A stretch of DNA of 64,000 nt. It comes from Octopus sinensis. Taxonomy: Eukaryota. The DNA lies in contig NC_043009.1 of NCBI RefSeq assembly GCF_006345805.1, positions 54,498,001 through 54,562,000 on the forward strand, in the 5' to 3' direction. Shown piece after piece: positions 12,001-24,269 of this stretch (position 1 is its first letter; every line of letters starts with the position of its first letter). Below the pieces are notes generated by a model, which saw only the letters and a list, made by a program, of their open reading frames with translations, was not told the DNA's origin and searched no databases. The position numbers and the translations under genes were made by a program.

Positions 12001-14775
12001 GAATGTCAGGAATGTCTGGAATGTCAGGAATGTCTGGAATGTCAGGAATGTCTGGAATATCTGGAATGTCAGGCATGTCTGGAATGTCTGGAATGTCTAG
12101 ATCGTCGGGAATATCTGGAATGTCAGGAATGTCCGGAATGTCTGGAATGCCAGGAATGTCTGGAATGTCAGGGGTGTCTGGAATGTCTAGAATGTCAGGA
12201 ATGTCAGGAATGTAAGGAATGTTAGGGAATGTCAGGAATGTCTGGAATGCCTGGAATGTCAGGAATGTCTGGAATGTCTGGAATGTCAGGAATGTCTGGA
12301 ACGTCAGGGATGTCTGGAATTTCTAGAATGTCAGGAATGTCAGGAATGTAAGGAATGTAAGGGAATGTCAGGAATGTCTGGAATGTCTGAATGTCAGGAA
12401 TTCTCGAAAGTCAGGAATCTCTGGAATGTCTGGAATGTCAGGAATGTCTGGAATGTCAGAAATATCTGGAATGTCTGGAATGTCTGGAATGTCTGGAATG
12501 TCAGGAATGTCTGGAATGTCAGGAATGTCTGGAATGTCAGGAATGTAGGAATGTCAGGGATGTCTGGAATGTCTAGAATGTCTCTTTGATCTCTGTCGGC
12601 ACTCACTTTGATCTCTGTCAGCACCTCTTTGATCTCTGTCGGCACCCTCTTTGATCTCTGTCGGCATCCTCTTTGATCTCTGTCGGCACCATCTTTGATC
12701 TCTGTCGGCACTCAGTTTGATCTCTGACGGAACTCTCTTTGATCTCTGTCGACACTCCCTTTGATCTCTGTCGACACACCTTTGATCTCTGTCGGCACCC
12801 TCTTTGATCTCTGTCGACACTCCCTTTGATCTCTGTCGGCACCCCTTTGATCCCTGTCGGCACGTTCTTTGATATCTGTCGGCATCCTCTTTGATCTCTG
12901 TCGGCACAATCTTTGATCTCTATCGGCACTCTCTTTGATCTATGTCGGCATCCTCTTTGATCTATGTCGGCACTCTCTTTGATCTGTTTCGGCACCCACT
13001 TTGATCTCTCTCGTATATCTGGTATATCAGGAATGTCTGGAATGTCAGGAATGTCTGGAATGTCAGTGATGTCTGGAATTTCTAGAATGTCAGGAATTGC
13101 AACACCGTGTTTCATCTCTGTCGGCATCCTCTTTGATCTCTGTCGGCACTCTCTTTGATATCTGTCGGCATCCTCTTTGATCTCTGCCGGTACCGTCTTT
13201 GATCTTTGTCGGCACCTTCTTTAATCTTTGTCGACATCTTCTTTGATCTCTTTCGGCACCGTCTTTGGTCCCTGGGATGCCAGGAATGTCTGGAATGTCT
13301 GGAATGTCAGGAATGCTTGGAATGTCTGGAATCTCAAGAATGTCTGGTATGTCAGGAATTCTGAAATGTCAGGTATGTCTGGAATGTCTAGAATGTCAGG
13401 AATGTCTGGAATGTCTGGAATGTCAGGAATGTCTGGAATGTCAGGAATGTCCGGAATGTCAGGAATGTCAGGAATGTCTAGAATGTCAGTAATGTCAGGA
13501 ATGTCAGAGATCAAAGATAGTGCCGATAGAGATCAACGAGTGTGCCCGGAATGCCAGAAACGTCAGCAATATCAGGAATATCTGGAATGTCTGGAATGTC
13601 AGGAATGTCAGGAATATCTGGAATGTCTGGAATATCAGGAATGTTTGGAGTGTCAGGAATGTCTGGAATGTGAGGAATGTCTGGAATGTCAGGAATGTCT
13701 GGAATGTCAGGAATATCTAGAAATTCAGGAATGTTTGGAATGTCAGGAATATCTGGAATGTCAGTAATGTCAGGAATGTCAGGAATGTCTGGAATGTCAG
13801 GAATGTCTGGAATGTCAAGAATTCTGGAATGTCTGGAATGTCAGGAATGTCTGGAATGTCTGGAATGTCTGGAATGTCAGGGATGTCAAGAATGCCTGCA
13901 ATGTCTGGAATGACCCTCTGTCGGCACCCTCTTTGATCTATGTCGGCCCCCTCTTTGATCTCTTTCGACACCCTCTTTGATCTCTGTAGGCACGCTCTTT
14001 GATCTCTGTCGGCACCCTCTGCTCTCTTTCGGGACCCTCTTTGATCTCTGTCGGCACCATTTTTGATCTCTTTCGGCACCCTCTTTGATCTCTGTCGGTA
14101 CGCTCTTTGATCTCTGTCAGCACCCTTTTTGATCTCTTTCGGAGCCCTCTTCGATCTCTGTCGTCATCCTCTTTGATATATGTCGGCACCCTCTTTGATC
14201 TCTGTCGACAACGTCTTTGATCTATATCGGCACCCTCTTTGATCTCTGTCGGCACGCTCTTTGATCTTTTTCGGCACCCTATTTCATCTCATTCAGGGCC
14301 TTTTTTGATCTCTGTCGGCACCCTCTTTGATCTCTTTCGGCACCCTCTTTGATCTCTTTCGGCACTCTCTTTTCTCTCTGTCGGCACCTTGTTGATCTCT
14401 TTCGGCACCCTCTTTGATCTCTTTCGTCACCGTCTTTCATCTCTGTCGGCACTCTCTTTGATCTCATTCGTGGCCTTCTTTGATCTCTGTCGGCACCTTC
14501 TTTGATCTCTGTCGGCACCATCTTTGATCTCTTTCGGCACCCTCTTTGATCTCTGTTGACACGCTCTTTGATTTTTGTCGGCATGCTCTTTGATCTCTTT
14601 TGGCACCCACTTTGATATCTTTCGGGACTCCTCTTTGATATATGTCGGCACCCTCTTTGATCTCTTTCGTCACCCTCTTTGATCTCTTTCGGCACCCTCT
14701 TTGATCTCTTTCGGCACCCTCTTTGATCTCTGTTGACACCCTCTTTGATCTCTGTCGTCACGCTCTTTGATGTCT
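1..14775. repeat. Composite satellite array: alternating blocks of a 9-bp unit (GGAATGTCT/GGAATGTCA) and a 22-bp unit (TTTGATCTCTGTCGGCACYCTC); begins before the window start
   Basis: Both units are directly visible, with stereotyped junctions (…GGAATGTCAACACYCWCTTTGATC… and …CGGCACCGTCTYTGATCTCTGGAATGAC…). The rare variant TAGATCGTCGGG recurs at 1568, 4633, 5558, 6493, 9698, 10327 and 12098. Units are more degenerate after ~12580. Confidence 0.97.
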
Positions 14776-14784
14776 TTTTCGGGG

Positions 14785-15158
14785 TGTTAGTCAATTACAT
14801 CGACCGCGGTACTCAATTGGTATTCATTTCATTGACCCCGAAAAAATAAATGGCAAAGTCGACTTTGACGGAATTTGAACTCAGAATGTAAGAGCAGACG
14901 AAAAACTGCTAGGCATTTTGCCCGAAATGCTAACTATTCTGCCAGCGCACCGCCATTCTTGCTCCCTTAACATTACAACCCAAACAAGACACTGCCTGAA
15001 ATTTTGTGGAAAGGCGTTAGTCGGTTACATCAACCCCAGTACTTGACTAATACCTAATTTACAGACCCGATAAGGATGAATCGTAAAGTCGACCTCGGTT
15101 GAATTTGAACCCAGAACGCCGCTAAGCATTTGTCCGACTCGTTAAAGATTCTACCAGC
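14785..15158 (-). mobile_element. Two adjacent decayed copies of tRNA-derived SINE family 1
   Basis: Reverse complement contains GAGTTCAAATTCCG/GGTTCAAATTC (B-box-like) and GTCGACTTT; matches the intact copy at 37940-38170. Confidence 0.8.
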
Positions 15159-15370
15159 TTACTTCGATGACGGTGGTGGGGGGGAGGCAGTGGTGCTGCT
15201 GCTGCTCACGGCGATAATGTTGATGATGTTGATCATCATCATCATCAACATCATCATCATCATCATTTAATGACCATTTATTTGTCCCAAGAGCTTGGGT
15301 TAAAAGGAATATTACAAAACAGGGTGAACAGAGAGGGGGGTAAATGAATGAGGTGAAAAAACAAAGTATA

Positions 15371-15755
15371 TCTTTATATATAAAAGTCAAGTTGTGTGTC
15401 TGTCTCCTACGATTTAGATTCCTAACTACTCCCACATTTTGCGGTGCAGTTTAACCAAAATCTTATAGTCGTGATTCATATCGAGCCCTTCTGGGTATTA
15501 GCGCGCGTCTACGATGAGTCTACGATTTTAAAAAAAATTACCATCATTTTTCCCATTTTTAATGCATTTTTTTGCTATTATATACGGGAAGTAACTCTCT
15601 AAAAATGTCTACGATGAGTCAACGATTTAAAAAAAAATTACCATCATTTTTTCCATTTTTAATGTATTTTTTGCTATTTTTTGGCTATAACTCTCTAAAA
15701 ATGCTTTATAGTTATTTCCCTTACAAACCCGAGCAACGCCGGGCGATGCCGCTAG
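15371..15755 (+). mobile_element. Non-autonomous Helitron with an internal ~95-100 bp tandem duplication
   Basis: 5' TCTTTATATATAAAAG; 3' hairpin CCCGAGCAACGCCGGG followed by CTAG; inserted between A (15370) and T (15756) with no TSD; duplicated segment about 15508-15606 / 15607-15701. Confidence 0.85.
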
Positions 15756-16208
15756 TAGTATATAAATGCCTTATCATAAGGAAAATAGTTCTCTTAATAT
15801 AAGTGACGAGCCTCAAGAACAATTAGGGAGCTACACTGAACCAAACTCTCCATGACAACTAAGGGTAAGTGCTCTTTTCTAAATGTTCACCATCGATCTA
15901 CAGACGTATGCTTAAAATAGTTCCACCCACACAATATTCAACACAGTCACCACTGAAGGAGGAAGTAGGTGAGGAGAATACAAAGAAGGAGGATAAGTTA
16001 GGAAGAGAAGGGGAAGCATTTTAAGGCTAGGGGACAAATCAATCACGTTAATTTCCAGAAAAATAAATGATACTTTATTTTCTCGACACCCGAAGAGACC
16101 AACGGAAAAAAAAGAGCTCGTGTTGGTGAGATTTGAACTCACAACATATAGAGCCTTTTTTTCCGACGCGCTAACGAGTCTGCCAGCAGACTGCTTTATT
16201 TTTTAATA

Positions 16209-16420
16209 TTGGGTTGATGCATAATTATTGCGGCTTTTTTTTTTCAACAAAATCGATAATAATATTTAACAAAAACAAGCAAATGGGAAGAAATATTTGA
16301 AGTAGATGGTGAACATGCTCTGGAATAACCATTTAAAGATGTTTTTGTTACATGTCGTTATTGTTTTTGTTGAATAAAATTTGTTTTAAAAAAAGCCGCA
16401 ATAATTATGCACCAACCCTA
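16209..16420. mobile_element. Mariner-type MITE
   Basis: ~33-bp TIRs TTGGGTTGATGCATAATTATTGCGGCTTTTTT / AAAAAAGCCGCAATAATTATGCACCAACCCTA, flanked by TA on both sides; resembles mariner TIRs (TTAGGTTGGTGCA…ATTGCGG). Confidence 0.85.
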
Positions 16421-16677
16421 TATATCATGATATGTCTATTGATTTTATTGAATTTCTCTGTAGCATATTACTTATATTCAGTTCATATTTCATGTTGTGT
16501 ACTTTGTAGATCCAGGTGGTACAAAGCTAGAGGGTCATAGTTGGAAAGTCTTTCATAATAGTATTTTCTTCGATCAGGAAGGATCTTTAAGTAAACTAGG
16601 CAACATTAATTATGATCGTTTGGCAAAGATCCTCTTTCCGCAAGTTTCCAATCGGAAGGTCTAAATTATTACAGAGA

Positions 16678-16679
16678 GG

Positions 16680-16735
<56 letters not shown>

Positions 16736-16925
16736 AACATACATACATAGAGAGAGAGAAATTGATATAGTTATACGTGTGTGTGTGTGTGCGTGCGTGT
16801 GCGTGCGTGTATGTACACGCACGCACACACACACACACACACAACATATATATATATATATATATATAATATATATATATATATAATATGTATATGCTTT
16901 CATCTATATATACATATACATATAC
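16678..16925. repeat. Compound (TA)n/(TG)n/(CA)n microsatellite
   Basis: Directly visible; the overlapping ORFs are YIYI/CVCV artefacts. Confidence 0.95.
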
Positions 16926-17464
16926 ACACACGAACAACAGATTTATATACCGGACAATACAGGAAATAGCGTTAAGGTGTGTGGCCTTGAGAAGTAAGCT
17001 GATATCTAACAGAAGTACTGAATTACTTATACTACTTCCAAAACTATGGTACACTACACAACACCGCACCGTACTACCTTTCCATCTGGTTTAACCACCG
17101 AATTATGTCTGTAAGCGGTTGCTAAATTTCTTAGAAATAGCAGGCAATATCCTTTCATATACCGTACAATCTTAAAAGTAAAATGCACTCGATGATGTAG
17201 CTGTGGATGGCCAAAGAGACGCAGTAGTCATAATTAGAAGATATTTATGCATACGATTGCTAGATTACGACTAATCTGGGATTAAAGGATATGCAACAGA
17301 AAGTCTGTTGGTCTCTCTAAAAGCTCTAGTTCACTATATAGCGTAATATCAAAGTTCAACACGGCAAATATTACATAGTCTCACAAACACAACACTCTCT
17401 AGTTCATTGCACTATGGCTATATCTCATCCTCGACTCTGCTATTTATCATTCCACGAACCTATT

Positions 17465-17482
17465 GAAGATAGACAGAGAGAA

Positions 17483-17513
<31 letters not shown>

Positions 17514-17562
17514 AAGAAATAAAGAAAGAAAGAACGAAAGAAAGAAAGAAAGACAGATAGAT

Positions 17563-17601
<39 letters not shown>

Positions 17602-17638
17602 TGGACAGGTAGATAGACATACAGGTAGACAGATAGAC

Positions 17639-17725
<87 letters not shown>

Positions 17726-18035
17726 CAGATAGATAGATAGATTCATATGCATACACATATACATATATATATATATATGAATATATATAGATAGATATAG
17801 ATACATATATATATATATATATATGTATGTATATATATATGTATGCATGTATGTATGTATGTATGTATGTAGGTAGGTAGGTAGGTAGGTAGGTAGGTAG
17901 GTTGGTAGGTAGGTAGGTAGGTTGGTAGGTAGGTAGGTAGGTAGGTAGGTAGGTAGGTAGGTAGGTAGGTAGGTAGGTAGGTACTTACGTACGTACGTAG
18001 GTAGGTACGTAGGTAGGTACGTAGGTATATGTACA
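17465..18035. repeat. Compound tetranucleotide array (GACA/GAAA/GATA/TA/GTAT/GGTA)
   Basis: Directly visible succession of 2- and 4-bp motifs. Confidence 0.95.
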
Positions 18036-18651
18036 CCCACACGGATTTTTATTATTGTGTATCGAAGAATATATTACTCAAAGAATTTCCAACTTTGATT
18101 TTCACGTTTTATTTACAATATTATAATAATATAAGATAAGATAATGAAATGATAGAATATTGAATGTCCATTCTGATTGAACTAGTATTTCCATGCAATA
18201 AAATATGCAATCACCAGGTTCATGTAGTAGTGGTGACAGTTATGTTTTACAACTTACAACTGTCTATATATATATATATATATAGCAATTAAGGACAACT
18301 ACTTAATAAGGAAAACTTAACAAGAAATTGTCAGGTAGATAGCGTAAAAACCTCATAAGAGAAAAAATTTCGAAAATAATTATTTCTTATTGAACATATT
18401 AATTTATATATAGAGGGCATTATACATACATGCCAGGAGGCATTCTACATACACGCCATACGCTAAGAGGGACAATCAGTCATTTCTACCAATATAAATA
18501 TATATATATATATATATAAATGGATGGATGGATTTATATATGTATGCATGTATGTATGTGTGCATATATGCATATGTGTATATATATATATATGTGTGTG
18601 TGTGAGTGTATGTATGTATGTGTATATATATATACATACATACATATATAT

Positions 18652-18698
<47 letters not shown>

Positions 18699-18721
18699 GT
18701 ATGTATGTATGTATGTATGGA

Positions 18722-18838
18722 GAATCGTTAAACAAAGTGACTTGCTCAAGAACAAAACATGCAGCCCGTTCAGGGAATCGAACTCACAACCTCACGATTG
18801 TAAGCTCGACGCTCTGACCACTGTGTCATGCGCCTTCA
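18722..18838 (-). mobile_element. tRNA-derived SINE head fragment
   Basis: Reverse complement GGCGCATGACACAGTGGTCAGAGCG…GAGTTCGATTCC (A and B boxes), followed by CTTGAGCAAGTCAC. Confidence 0.7.
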
Positions 18839-19076
18839 CAATGTATGGGTATATATATATATAGTCGCTGGGAAGCAAGCATCTTACTATACAGCCTGCC
18901 TGCGCCTCTATATAATGCATAATATTTATAATACATAGGTATGATAAAACGTATATATATATACACGTATATGTTCATATATATATATAGGCATATATGT
19001 GTACACACATATATATACGTACATATATTTATATATACATATATATATATATGTATATATATATGTATATATATAT

Positions 19077-19117
<41 letters not shown>

Positions 19118-19214
19118 CATGACCGAAGTAAATAGACACCTTTATAGTCATTAAAATTATTCAAATCTGAAATTATACTTTCAAATTATGTATTAATTGT
19201 TATAATGTGAATAT

Positions 19215-20375
19215 TTAATATTTAGTAGACATGCCCTGTGCATTTTTTCAATGTAAGGTCCCTATTGGGTATATTACTGATCAGATGACGAATATGCTCT
19301 TGCGGAAATTCTTGCCAAGTTTCATGCAGTACTCTCAAAAGTTTTATGAAGTGTCCTGTTCATTTATGTCCCAGAGATGTTCAATAGGGTTCATATCTGG
19401 TGACTGGCTTGGCCTTGGAAGCTTTTTAATACTATTCTCATCCAACAAATCTTGGCTCATTTTAGCCAAGGGACAAGGAGCCCTATCATCCATAAATAGC
19501 CTTCTTTAATCATTTCACCACTGGAGAAGAATTGAAGGAGTCCTTTCTGCAATATGGACACATATTTATCTGATTTTATGTTTCCCTCACACTCCACCAG
19601 CTCTGATCAACCATTGCTCCAAATTGCTTCCTAGAACATCACAGAATAGCTGCCGTGTGTCATTGTTGGCTGTAGTCTTTTCATATCAAATTCTTGATCA
19701 CAGAATCTCCGGACCCACACTCGACCACTGTCAGGAAATGAGGCACATCTGGACTTATCAGAGAATATGACAATGCCCCAAATGCTAGTGGCTTCTCCAG
19801 TGTTTTCTCAGCTTGATGTTGGCGGGTCGAAAAAGTGGCTTCCTTCTTGTCGCTCTGCTTTATTAACTAAGTTTGTGGAGATACTAGGATTTTTCTGGGA
19901 CTGACATCAGCTTCTTCTGCTATGTCAGAGGCCTTGTAACGAGGATTATCCGCCACACTTCTCTTAGTAAATAGGTGTCCTGTCAGATGGTACTGGTTGA
20001 TCTGGACGAGGTGATGTGGACTCCTTCACCTCTCTGGTGAATCACACAATCACTCTATTAACTGTAGAAAACGGGATCCCAAGATTTTCCGCCATTTTAC
20101 GCTGACTGTGTCCACCTTCACAATGACCCACCATACGGCGTCTTTGAAATTCAGACAACTCCAAAGCTTCTTTTGTACATAGCATGATTAATGTTACATG
20201 TAGAACATGAAAAATTAAATTGTCAATTGATAAAGAATATATAAAACTTTGCAAGTTACAATAAACATAAAACGATGTTTTATGGGATGCCAATTTACTT
20301 CTGTCATTTTTGTGTATATGACAGAAGTAATGGTGGATGGATGGACATAACTAATTATATGGAGTGGCCCAATAC
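19215..20375 (-). mobile_element. Decayed Tc1-family DNA transposon (transposase pseudogene)
   Basis: Minus-strand translation gives an HTH ([38 protein letters not shown]), then VIFSDKSR, MDDRAP and PSQSPDMNPIEHLW across frameshifts and stops: the DD34E triad context. Confidence 0.85.
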
Positions 20376-20683
20376 ACCCACGAAAGATTTTGTCATGAAT
20401 CAAACAATTATTAAAAATATATTTAGCTCTTATCCAATATATTGAGGAATATTTGCTTCCGTTTCATTTACTATATTTATACATGTACATATATATAAAA
20501 TTCTATTAACAAATATTGCTGCTCATGGAACTTAAATAATGCGGCTGAAAAATCTAAGCATTTATGTCATTCCTGTAGCAACGTCAGCACCTTCAAAATT
20601 CTAAATGTCATGTTTATATCTGGGAGTGTTTTTCTCCAGTTTGCAAATCCAGACTATTTATGTGTGTGTGTGTATTTACACAT

Positions 20684-20731
<48 letters not shown>

Positions 20732-20795
20732 CATATAAATATATATGTATATATATGTGTATGTATGTATATATATATAATATGTATGTATATAT

Positions 20796-20857
<62 letters not shown>

Positions 20858-20862
20858 GTCTG

Positions 20863-20929
<67 letters not shown>

Positions 20930-21201
20930 ATATAATATATAATATGTCTGTATATGTATATAATATATATATAATGTAATAAAGCAGATCCGATGTAATC
21001 CAAAATGGTAATCTGAAATAATCCGAAAGTATAATCTAACAGAGTCTGATTTGGTAGTCTTAAAGGTAATTCGGTATGCATACAATCAGGTTTGACGTCA
21101 TTAGCATTGAGAAGAATACTGTGAAATCTACAATAATAATAATACTAATATTAATAAAAATAATAACAACAACAACATCAATGATGATGATGATGATGAT
21201 G

Positions 21202-21272
<71 letters not shown>

Positions 21273-21361
21273 CGTAGGTGACGAAAAAATACTATAAAAA
21301 GTTCGGCGTTGAATGAGTAAAGAAAAGACATGTTAGACAGTTTATATTTATTTGTCCACTA

Positions 21362-21526
21362 GGCGCAGGAGTGGCTGTGTGGTAAGTAGCTTGCTAACCA
21401 ACCACATGGTTCCGGGTTCAGTCCCACTGCGTGGCATCTTGGGCAAGTGTCTTCTGCTATAGCCCCGGGCCGACCAATGCCTTGTGAGTGGATTTGGTAG
21501 ACGGAAACTGAAAGAAGCCTGTCGTA

Positions 21527-21575
<49 letters not shown>

Positions 21576-21795
21576 GTGTGTGTTTGTGTGTCTGTGTTTG
21601 TACCCTTAGCATTGCTTGGCAACCGATGCTGGTGTGCTTACGTCCCCGTCACTTAGCGGTTCGGCAAAAAACAGACCGATAGAATAAGTACTGGGCTTAC
21701 AAAGAATAAGTCCTGTGGTCGATTTGCTCGACTAAAAGGCGGTGCTCCAGCATGACCGCAGTCAAATGACTGAAACAAGTAAAAGAGTAAAAGAG
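21362..21795 (+). mobile_element. tRNA-derived SINE family 2 with internal (TA)n/(TG)n, full length
   Basis: A box TGGCTGTGTGG, B box GGTTCAGTCCC, a CORE-like CTTGGGCAAGTG motif, 3' end GGTGCTCCAGCATG…AGTAAAAGAG. Homologous copies at 21981, 56186 and 63064. Confidence 0.9.
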
Positions 21796-21980
21796 TATCA
21801 AAATGGAAACTCAGAAATGAAAGTGAAACTGAAAATGCGTGTTTCAATGAGAAGCTATATTTGAAGCGACGAAGAAACACTGAGGGGAAACGTAGTTTTT
21901 AGCGTCGGAGAAGAAGGAGTTTGAGATTAGGCATCAGTTCAGGTCTCTTATCTATATATTTATTGTATTTCATTTCTTTC

Positions 21981-22163
21981 CAGGCATGTTGTGTGGTAAG
22001 AAGCTTGCTTCACAGCTACACGGCTCTGGGTTCACTCCCACCGCATGGCACCTTAGTCAAGTGTTTTTTTCTACTGTAACCTCGGGCCGACCAAAGTCGT
22101 ATGAGTGGATTTAGTAGACGAAAACTGAAAGAAGCCCGTCGTATATATATATATATATAAATC

Positions 22164-22198
<35 letters not shown>

Positions 22199-22297
22199 GT
22201 GTGTGTGTGTTGTGTGTGTGTGTGGTGTGTGTGTGTGCGTGTGTGCGTGTGTGTGCGTGCATGCGTGTGTGTGTGTGTGTGCGTGTGTATGCGTGCA

Positions 22298-22344
<47 letters not shown>

Positions 22345-22513
22345 TGTGTGTGGTGTGTGTGTGCGTGTGTGTGTGTGCGTGTGTTTACGTTCCCATAAAC
22401 TAGCGGCTAGGCAAAAGAGGCTGATAAAATAAGTACTAGGCTTTAAAAACAATAAATCCTGGGGTCGATATGCTCGACTAAATCCCTTCATGGCGGTGCC
22501 CCAGCATGGCCAA
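21981..22513 (+). mobile_element. SINE family 2, diverged, with expanded internal microsatellite
   Basis: Same order of motifs as 21362-21795. Confidence 0.8.
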
Positions 22514-22610
22514 GATCAAGTAACTTAGTCAAATAACAGTTTTCTTCACTAATTCAGCATCAAACTTGTACAACGTTTTATTCCTGCACTATATATTACA
22601 TTTATACTAA

Positions 22611-22822
22611 GGCGGCGGTGCTGGCAGAAAGGTTAGCACGCCGGACGAGATGCTTAGCGGTATATCGTTTGATTTTACGTTCTGAGTTCAAATTCCGCTG
22701 TGGTTGACTTTACCTTTTACCCTTTCGAGGTCGATACATTAAGTACCAGTTGCGCTCTTTGGTCGATCTATTCGGCTGGCCTCCTCCCGAAAAATTTCGT
22801 GCCTTGTGCCTAGAGTAGAAAA
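22611..22822 (+). mobile_element. SINE family 1
   Basis: GGCGG…CTGGCAGAAAGGTTAGCACGCCGG…GAGTTCAAATTCCG…GGTCGAT. Confidence 0.85.
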
Positions 22823-22940
22823 AATATATCACATTTATCGATCCAATATACAAGAACAGGAGAGAATTCAAAGCTTGGTAAAATTTCTGTAGAAAATACT
22901 CTTGGCAGAATCAAACATAATCAGTTATATGTTCTTACAT

Positions 22941-23436
22941 GGAAAAATGCGAGCATAAAAAGTAATATACTTAAGAGTATAAACCTGGAAAAGTACAGGT
23001 TGTTACACCTATAAAAGTATAGCACAAGCTATTACTTCTAGTAAAGTAAAGAATAAACTTTTTACTTAAAATATGCAGTAAAGACTGCCACTTCTAATTT
23101 ATCACACTTTACAGTTTTCATTGTTTAAATTTATTGAACAAAACTGTTCAGTTAATTTGTAAGTTTGTTTAATTAGTCACTTTTTACTGTATTTTAGGTA
23201 GTAAATTAGCCAAATTCTACTTAAATAAGTATTGTGTTATTTGTAAACAATAATAAAATAAGTTTCAATATTCAAATTTTTGTTTTAGCTGCAATATTTT
23301 AAGTAAAAAGTATCTTATTCTTTACTTTACTAGAACAAATAGCTTGTCCTATACTTCTACAGGTGTAATAACTTGTCCAGTACTTTTCCAGGTTTATAAT
23401 CTTAAGAATATTAATTTTCATGTTCGCATTTTCCCA
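22941..23436. mobile_element. Foldback/MITE-like element with ~140-150 bp imperfect terminal inverted repeats
   Basis: 22941-23082 matches the reverse complement of 23285-23436 (e.g. TATAAACCTGGAAAAGTAC and TTCTAGTAAAGTAAAGAATAA). Confidence 0.8.
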
Positions 23437-24269
23437 GACATTGCAGTTATAAGATAATTAATAATGTGTCAATTAATAATTTAAGATTTTACTTTACAAA
23501 ATACTGAAAGATAATATTTCAATTTTTCCATGTAAGTCATGATAATATTTCAATTTTTTCATGTTTAATTTAAATATATGTTGTGATTGAATTATTTGAT
23601 ATTACCCTCCACACGAAATTAATAATGGCAGGGATTTTTACCATGTTATGGGTTGCACCATGGCTCACCAAGTTACAAGAACAAGATCCCAAAACCATCA
23701 GTTACTAGGTTCTTCTTAAGTAACCTAATTTTTCACTATTAGGAGGTCACATGAATGTATTCAACGAAAAAAAAATTCCAATGATTCCGGAATTGGGTGG
23801 GGGGAACCACCCACCTCATTTTTTCTGAACCAAAATAAGGGGTTTGCAGCATATTAGGAGGTCAGGGTACTTGATTCCACGCAAAAAATCAAATTTGGGT
23901 TTTCTTTTCTTTGGTTAGTGAAAACCGTACGAGTGTTAATATAGAAATATATAAAGTTGTTATTTAACCTTAAATCAAACCTGATAATGCAAACCTATCA
24001 TCAAAGACATTCCAGCCTTCAGCAAACCGTCTTTTTAGGGATTGTCTAGGACATTACATACAATGGGCGTATGATTTAGGTAGGGGGGAAACTTTGGCTG
24101 CTATTTTTAGCGTGTCGAGCGACCAGGTAGAGGCGCTTTCTTCGATTGCATGATGAGATTATTTACACATATATGTAATTTATATATATATCATCGGCAG
24201 AAGTTGGAGAGTAAGTTCGTGTACTGACACTTATCAAACACGAATTAGTCCATCGTCACTGTAACTTCT

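Noticed and set aside
346-14775. CRISPR-like array (22-bp repeats alternating with other sequence)
   Set aside because: Units are directly tandem with no unique spacers, there are no cas genes, and the context is eukaryotic.
265-14794. Dozens of ORFs (GMS-, DIP-, CLECQE-, VWNVRN- and RDQR-repeat proteins) as real genes
   Set aside because: They are six-frame readouts of 9- and 22-bp units. Recurrent stops and frame-breaking units occur in several modules, and there is no unique coding sequence or splice context. Kept only as a hypothesis in the findings.
16570-16640. GGATCTTT/AAAGATCC hairpin near (TA)n as a hammerhead
   Set aside because: No CUGANGA or GAAA flanks the stem in the required order on either strand.
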